Shown piece by piece: positions 55,805-60,202 of a stretch of DNA of 60,202 bases. Position numbers and translations under genes: made by a program. This DNA comes from an uncultured Bacilli bacterium (GTDB lineage: Bacteria > Bacillota_I > Bacilli_A > RF39 > UBA660): contig CALVSQ010000002.1 in the NCBI GenBank assembly GCA_944359085.1, forward strand, positions 1-60,202, read 5' to 3'. The notes beneath the pieces are model-generated. The model was not told the DNA's origin and searched no databases. It saw only the letters and a list, made by a program, of their open reading frames with translations. Numbering within the stretch: the first letter of the stretch is position 1; every line of letters starts with the position of its first letter.

Positions 55805-56503
55805 ATGGAAGAAAATGAACTTTATTTTAAAGATGCGTTTTCACAATCTGAAGGGAAAACAAATCTTACAATTAACAATTTAACTGCAGCTTGTATAAGC
55901 TCTAGTAATAACAAATTTAGTTTAGATAGTGAAGGAAATTTAGTTGTTAATACAATTCAAGCAACAGGAAATACAAGCACAGGAACTGGATATGATATAG
56001 ACAAGGTATATCCTATAGGCGCAATATATATGAGCGTAAATAGTACAAATCCTAATATTTTATTCGGAGGAACATGGGAACGAATAATGGACAAGTTTCT
56101 ATTGTGTTCAGGTGATACTTATGCTAATGCATCAACGGGAGGTAATGCAACAACAACTTTAACAGTGGACAATTTACCATCACATACACACACAGGATCT
56201 ACTTCTTCTGATGGATCACATACACATACAGGAACTACATCTACAAATGGCAATCATATTCACAAATTATATTATAGAAATGTTTATAGTAGTGGTGATA
56301 CATATAATGCTATTTGTCGTCCAACTGCAGGAACAGGAATAAATACATATATGGATGAAGCTGGATCACATACGCATAGTTTTACAACTGGTTCAAATGG
56401 AACTCATACTCATAGTTTTACAACAAGTTCAACTGGTAGTGGTGCTGAATTTAATAATATGCCACCTTATTTAGCTGTATATGTATGGAAACGTGTATCA
56501 TAG
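55805..56503 (+). CDS. phage tail-fibre/baseplate-like protein with five HxH motifs
   Basis: VYPIGAIYMSVNSTNPNILFGGTWERI.DKFLL..G...G..GGNATTTLTVDNLPSHTH, then repeated SHTHTG, SHTHTG, NHIHK, SHTHSF and THTHSF, and a C-terminal NNMPPYLAVYVWKRV. This is the pattern I associate with Gram-positive prophage baseplate or tail-collar proteins. Confidence 0.65.
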   Translation: MEENELYFKDAFSQSEGKTNLTINNLTAACISSSNNKFSLDSEGNLVVNTIQATGNTSTGTGYDIDKVYPIGAIYMSVNSTNPNILFGGTWERIMDKFLLCSGDTYANASTGGNATTTLTVDNLPSHTHTGSTSSDGSHTHTGTTSTNGNHIHKLYYRNVYSSGDTYNAICRPTAGTGINTYMDEAGSHTHSFTTGSNGTHTHSFTTSSTGSGAEFNNMPPYLAVYVWKRVS

Positions 56504-56519
56504 ATTAAAAGGTGATTTT

Positions 56520-59500
56520 ATGAAAAGAGAACTAAAGAATTTAAGAAAAAGAAATGAAAAACACTTTTTAAATGAAGATGGAACTATTGAAGCTATTTTG
56601 TATAATGATAATGTACATTATTTAAAAGATGGTGTATATGAAGAGATTAATAATACATTAATAGAAGAAAATAATCGTTATCATATTGTTGGTAATGCTT
56701 TTAATTTATCTTTTTCAAAGCAAAATGATGAGAACTTATTAGAATTTATTAAAAATGGACATTATTTTAAAATGAGCTTAAAGGATTCTTTTAAAGTTTC
56801 TAATAAAGAGTTAAAAAAAGATAACAAAATAAGAAAAAAAGGAAGTATTAGTTATAATGAAGTATTTGAAAACACAGATTTAAGTTATCAAATATTACCT
56901 CAAAAAGTAAAAGAAACAATTGTTTTCAAAGATAAAAATTCTATCAAAGACAAAATTGTGTTTGATATAAAAACAGATTTGGAATTGACCTTAGAAAATA
57001 ATAAAATTGTATCAGAAGATTTTACTATTTTAGATTCATTTATGATTGATAGTAATAATCAAATAAATAAAGAAATTTATTATATTTTAAATAAAGTTCC
57101 TAATGGTTATGAACTTATCTTGGTTTTAGATAAAGTATGGTTGGAATGCAATGATAGAAAATATCCTGTTTATGTAGATCCAACTATAACTACAGAAGAA
57201 TCAAATGATTGTCAAGATACATTTATTAATAGTAAATATCCTAATACTAATTATGGTGATAGTGAAATTTTAAAAACTAGCATTTTAACAGAAGATGAAA
57301 TATGTCGTTCTTTAGTAAAATTTGGTTTGCCAACAATTGCTACTGGTAGTAATGTTGTAAATGCTAAATTGTATGTCCATGAAGTCGATTATGGATATTG
57401 GGGACAATATAATGATTCAATTATAACAATACATGAAATAACAGCAAACTGGAATGAAAATACAGCGACTTGGAATAATATGCATGATAAATATGCTAAA
57501 AGAGTAGAAGATTATAAATATAGTTCTGATAAAATTTATATTAATGCTCTTTTTAAACCTAATTATGTTAATTTTGATATTACCAATTTAGTTAAAAGAT
57601 GGTATGCAGGAACTCCAAATTATGGTTTAATGATAAAAACTTATAAAGAACAATTACTTGATAACCCTTTTTTTCACGATTTTTGGTCAAGAGAATCTAT
57701 TGTTGACTCTAAAAATCCTAAACCAATATTAGCTGTAACATATAGAAATAAAAATGGCTTAGAAAATTATTTGACATATCAAAGTCAAACCTTGTCTAAT
57801 GGAACTATTTATGAGAACAATTATAATGGAAATGTAACGTTTGATTTTCACTTAGGAAATACAGTTGGTGGAGATTTACCAGTATCTTTAAATTTATTTT
57901 ATAATACTAATGATGTTATTTTAAATAAAAATTATGGAATTGGCTTAGGTATGAAATTCAATATGTATCAAATTATACAACAATCAGATTTAACAGAAGA
58001 AGATGTAAATTTATATGAATATATTGATGAAGATGGGACACTTCATTATTTTATTCCCAAAAGAGATGGTGATAATATTGTGGCTAATACATTTGAAAGT
58101 GAAGATAATCCATCTTTAAAATTGATAATTTCTGAAAATTTGTGTGAATTAAAAGATAAATATGGAAATTGTAAAACATTTACTAAAAATGGTAATGTTT
58201 TTTATTTGACAAAAATTAAAAATTTAAAAAATAAAGAAATTAATATATCTTACAATTCTTCAAAAATTTCTAGTATAACCGATGCAGCAGGAAAACAAAT
58301 AACAATAACATATAGTGATAATAGTGTATCTATAAATAGCCCTGTCAATAATACTGTTTTAACATTAACTAATGGCAAATTAACTCGTATAGAAGATAAT
58401 TTTGGCTCACTTTATATTACCTATAACAATAATAGTATAATTAATCTTATTACAGATATAAATGGGAAAAAAATAGGATTTGAATATTATGATGTAATTC
58501 CATATAGAGTCAAAAAAGTTATTGAATATGGAATTAACAATAATATTGGTAAAACATTAAATTTTAATTATGGCTTTGAAGTTACTCAAATAGATGATAA
58601 TAAAGGAATGCGTAATACTTATACGTTTAATGAGTTTGGTAATACTATATCTATAAGTAATTTAGGTATTGGACAAAACATTAATGATTGTTATGGTACG
58701 GAAATGTCATATGGTTCTACCGGTCAACATATAAATAAGTTGTTATCAAAAAGTGAAAAAGTAAAGTCTGTCAATAACTTAATTTGGAATTCTGGGTTTG
58801 AAAAAGAATATAATATTTTTCATGGCGATGATAATTTAGAAGTTAGTATAACAAACGAATTTAGTTTAGATGGTAATAGATGTTTGAAATTTTCTGGGTA
58901 TGGTAATTCATATGCAAGTATCCCAGTGATAGATGCAGGAAGCTATACATTTAGCTTTTATAGCAAATCATATTCAGAATATAGTGTTTGGTTAGTATCA
59001 GGAACGAATTCGTCTCGTATTTTGGATGTAAAACCAAGTATTGAATTTGAAAGGCATGAATTGACTATTGATGATGTACAAGCTTTATCTGATGTTGAAA
59101 TAATTATTGTTATTCCAGGAGGATTAATAAGTAATGTATATTGGGATAATATACAATTAGAAAAGGGTAAAGTTGCAAATTATTATAATTTAATTGATAA
59201 CAACAATTTTTCTTATAATTTAGCAGGTTGGATTTATGATAATCCTAGCAATAATAATACTGAATTTACTCCTAGTGATATAATTACTTTTAAAAGTATT
59301 GGTGATAGAACTGATGGAATTATAACATATGAAGATGGAAGTAAAGCATTAAAAGTAGTTTGTGATCCTGATGAATCAAGACATATTAGTAGATATATCG
59401 ATATCAAAGGTTCTGAAGGAGACATTATACATTTTTCTTTTTGGTATAAAAATTCAGGATTGTCTAAAATGTTTACATATCCAGAAGGCCGTCATAATAC

Positions 59501-60202
59501 TGTTCAATTTATACTTTGGCCTGCTAACGAAGAAGATGCTGGAGATATGTTTTATTATGCAGATTTAAATTCTAACAGTGATGAATGGCAATATTATTCT
59601 GCTACATTTGATGCACCATATGAGTTTAATAAATTTAGAATGTCTATTGTATCTTTTAATTCAGCTAATGAAATATATGTGACAAATTTTAATTTGTTTA
59701 AAGTAAATGGAATATTAGGCAATTCTTATGATGAAAATGGTAATATTATTGCAACTCATGATAAAAATAATAATATAAATACATTTAAATATGATAAAAA
59801 TAACGAATTAATTAAAATGACTAATCCAATAGGAGATAGTTTGAATTATGAATATGATAATGAAATAACTGATAGGATTTTATCAGGAATATCTCCCACT
59901 GGAATAACAAATAGTATAAAGTATGACGATAATAGTAATCCGATTTTTACTAGAATAGAAAATAAAACTAAATTAAATCTAGAAAATGGTAATTATTATA
60001 TTAGGTCAAAAGGAACAAATAAATATTTAAAAATCGATAGTTTAAACAAAAAGTTAATATTAAAAGAAGATTCTTGTAGTCATGCTAAATGGTCAGTTAC
60101 AGTAAATGATGATAATACTTTAACAATTACACCATTGATAGAAAATATTTGTTACATTAATACTTTTAATATTAGTGATTTAATTTTTACTTTTGAAAGT
60201 CA
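56520..60202 (+). CDS. DNRLRE-domain / YD-repeat (RHS-type) giant protein, 3' end outside window
   Basis: Absent from the ORF track because the frame stays open to the window end. GGTGA RBS upstream. The N-terminus is RNEKHFLNEDGT. The DNRLRE-like domain reads DTFINSKYPNTNYG...CRSLVKFGLP...AKLYVHE...ITANWNENTATWNN. Two CBM4/9-like jelly-roll modules follow (NLIWNSGFE..., NLIDNNNFS..GW), then YD repeats (FKYDKNNELIKMTNPIGDSLNYEYDNE) and a ricin-like stretch at the end. Confidence 0.75.
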   Translation, partial: MKRELKNLRKRNEKHFLNEDGTIEAILYNDNVHYLKDGVYEEINNTLIEENNRYHIVGNAFNLSFSKQNDENLLEFIKNGHYFKMSLKDSFKVSNKELKKDNKIRKKGSISYNEVFENTDLSYQILPQKVKETIVFKDKNSIKDKIVFDIKTDLELTLENNKIVSEDFTILDSFMIDSNNQINKEIYYILNKVPNGYELILVLDKVWLECNDRKYPVYVDPTITTEESNDCQDTFINSKYPNTNYGDSEILKTSILTEDEICRSLVKFGLPTIATGSNVVNAKLYVHEVDYGYWGQYNDSIITIHEITANWNENTATWNNMHDKYAKRVEDYKYSSDKIYINALFKPNYVNFDITNLVKRWYAGTPNYGLMIKTYKEQLLDNPFFHDFWSRESIVDSKNPKPILAVTYRNKNGLENYLTYQSQTLSNGTIYENNYNGNVTFDFHLGNTVGGDLPVSLNLFYNTNDVILNKNYGIGLGMKFNMYQIIQQSDLTEEDVNLYEYIDEDGTLHYFIPKRDGDNIVANTFESEDNPSLKLIISENLCELKDKYGNCKTFTKNGNVFYLTKIKNLKNKEINISYNSSKISSITDAAGKQITITYSDNSVSINSPVNNTVLTLTNGKLTRIEDNFGSLYITYNNNSIINLITDINGKKIGFEYYDVIPYRVKKVIEYGINNNIGKTLNFNYGFEVTQIDDNKGMRNTYTFNEFGNTISISNLGIGQNINDCYGTEMSYGSTGQHINKLLSKSEKVKSVNNLIWNSGFEKEYNIFHGDDNLEVSITNEFSLDGNRCLKFSGYGNSYASIPVIDAGSYTFSFYSKSYSEYSVWLVSGTNSSRILDVKPSIEFERHELTIDDVQALSDVEIIIVIPGGLISNVYWDNIQLEKGKVANYYNLIDNNNFSYNLAGWIYDNPSNNNTEFTPSDIITFKSIGDRTDGIITYEDGSKALKVVCDPDESRHISRYIDIKGSEGDIIHFSFWYKNSGLSKMFTYPEGRHNTVQFILWPANEEDAGDMFYYADLNSNSDEWQYYSATFDAPYEFNKFRMSIVSFNSANEIYVTNFNLFKVNGILGNSYDENGNIIATHDKNNNINTFKYDKNNELIKMTNPIGDSLNYEYDNEITDRILSGISPTGITNSIKYDDNSNPIFTRIENKTKLNLENGNYYIRSKGTNKYLKIDSLNKKLILKEDSCSHAKWSVTVNDDNTLTITPLIENICYINTFNISDLIFTFES

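Noticed and set aside
2713-59568. Short ORF-track entries that lie antisense to or overlap annotated genes: 2713-2955, 5401-5604, 6834-7028, 10510-10710, 11549-11758, 16446-16646, 19180-19398, 20177-20410, 22001-22240, 24389-24766, 26337-26570, 26819-27184, 28806-29021, 31551-31763, 36133-36432, 37011-37307, 39822-40049, 47416-47802, 52333-52518, 55073-55270, 59234-59425, 59362-59568
   Set aside because: All lie within longer, motif-supported genes, either on the opposite strand or in another frame. They have low-complexity Ile/Leu/Ser/Phe-rich translations typical of shadow ORFs in AT-rich DNA, and they lack an RBS.
55805-60202. Prophage or integrated mobile element
   Set aside because: Only one phage-like gene (the tail fibre or baseplate type) is present. 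I see no integrase, terminase, capsid, tape-measure or lysis genes, and no flanking direct repeats or tRNA in the visible part.
1-60202. Alternative genetic code (TGA read as Trp, as in Mollicutes), suggested by the very low G+C
   Set aside because: Conserved genes end at TGA exactly where expected (pduL at 35780-35782, yabP at 33505-33507, rpe at 30282-30284). Trp positions in conserved motifs use TGG. The presence of sporulation genes also argues against a Mollicute.

Overview
Very AT-rich, gene-dense chromosomal segment from an endospore-forming Firmicute. G+C is roughly a quarter to 30% by eye (not computed). The standard genetic code is in use: TGA works as a stop, for example at the yabP/yabQ and rpe/frr overlaps. 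Most of the window is housekeeping. It holds translation and tRNA-modification genes (queA, miaA, tmcAL, rpmF, rpsT, rpmG, efp, rlmN, rsgA, frr, leuS, metG, rnj, miaB) and metK behind a SAM riboswitch. It also holds envelope genes (FtsW/SpoVE-like, PBP2, MurJ/SpoVB-like, FemAB, LCP, galE), the conserved rlmN-stp-prkC-rsgA-rpe block, and scattered sporulation genes (gpr, cse60, yabP, yabQ, divIC, gerQ, sigG, ylmC/ymxH, an orphan Kin-type histidine kinase). I found no rRNA, tRNA, CRISPR array, transposase or integrase. Several non-core items stand out. (1) Two tandem 350-bp units at 1285-1980 each look like a type I toxin-antitoxin module: a 29-aa hydrophobic peptide mRNA with 5'-3' end pairing, plus a convergent antisense RNA driven by a consensus promoter. 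(2) Three large surface proteins have pilin-like N-termini and a mosaic of shared modules, each gene with its own promoter. (3) One of these three sits behind a G10 homopolymer that uncouples it from its RBS-proximal start codon, a candidate phase-variation switch. (4) After metK comes an accessory block with an orphan phage tail-fibre-like HxH-repeat protein followed by a DNRLRE/YD-repeat (RHS-type) giant protein that runs off the window. (5) Two phased Spo0A-box-like heptamers lie upstream of the orphan kinase. All functional calls rest on motif recognition by eye; no database search was run.
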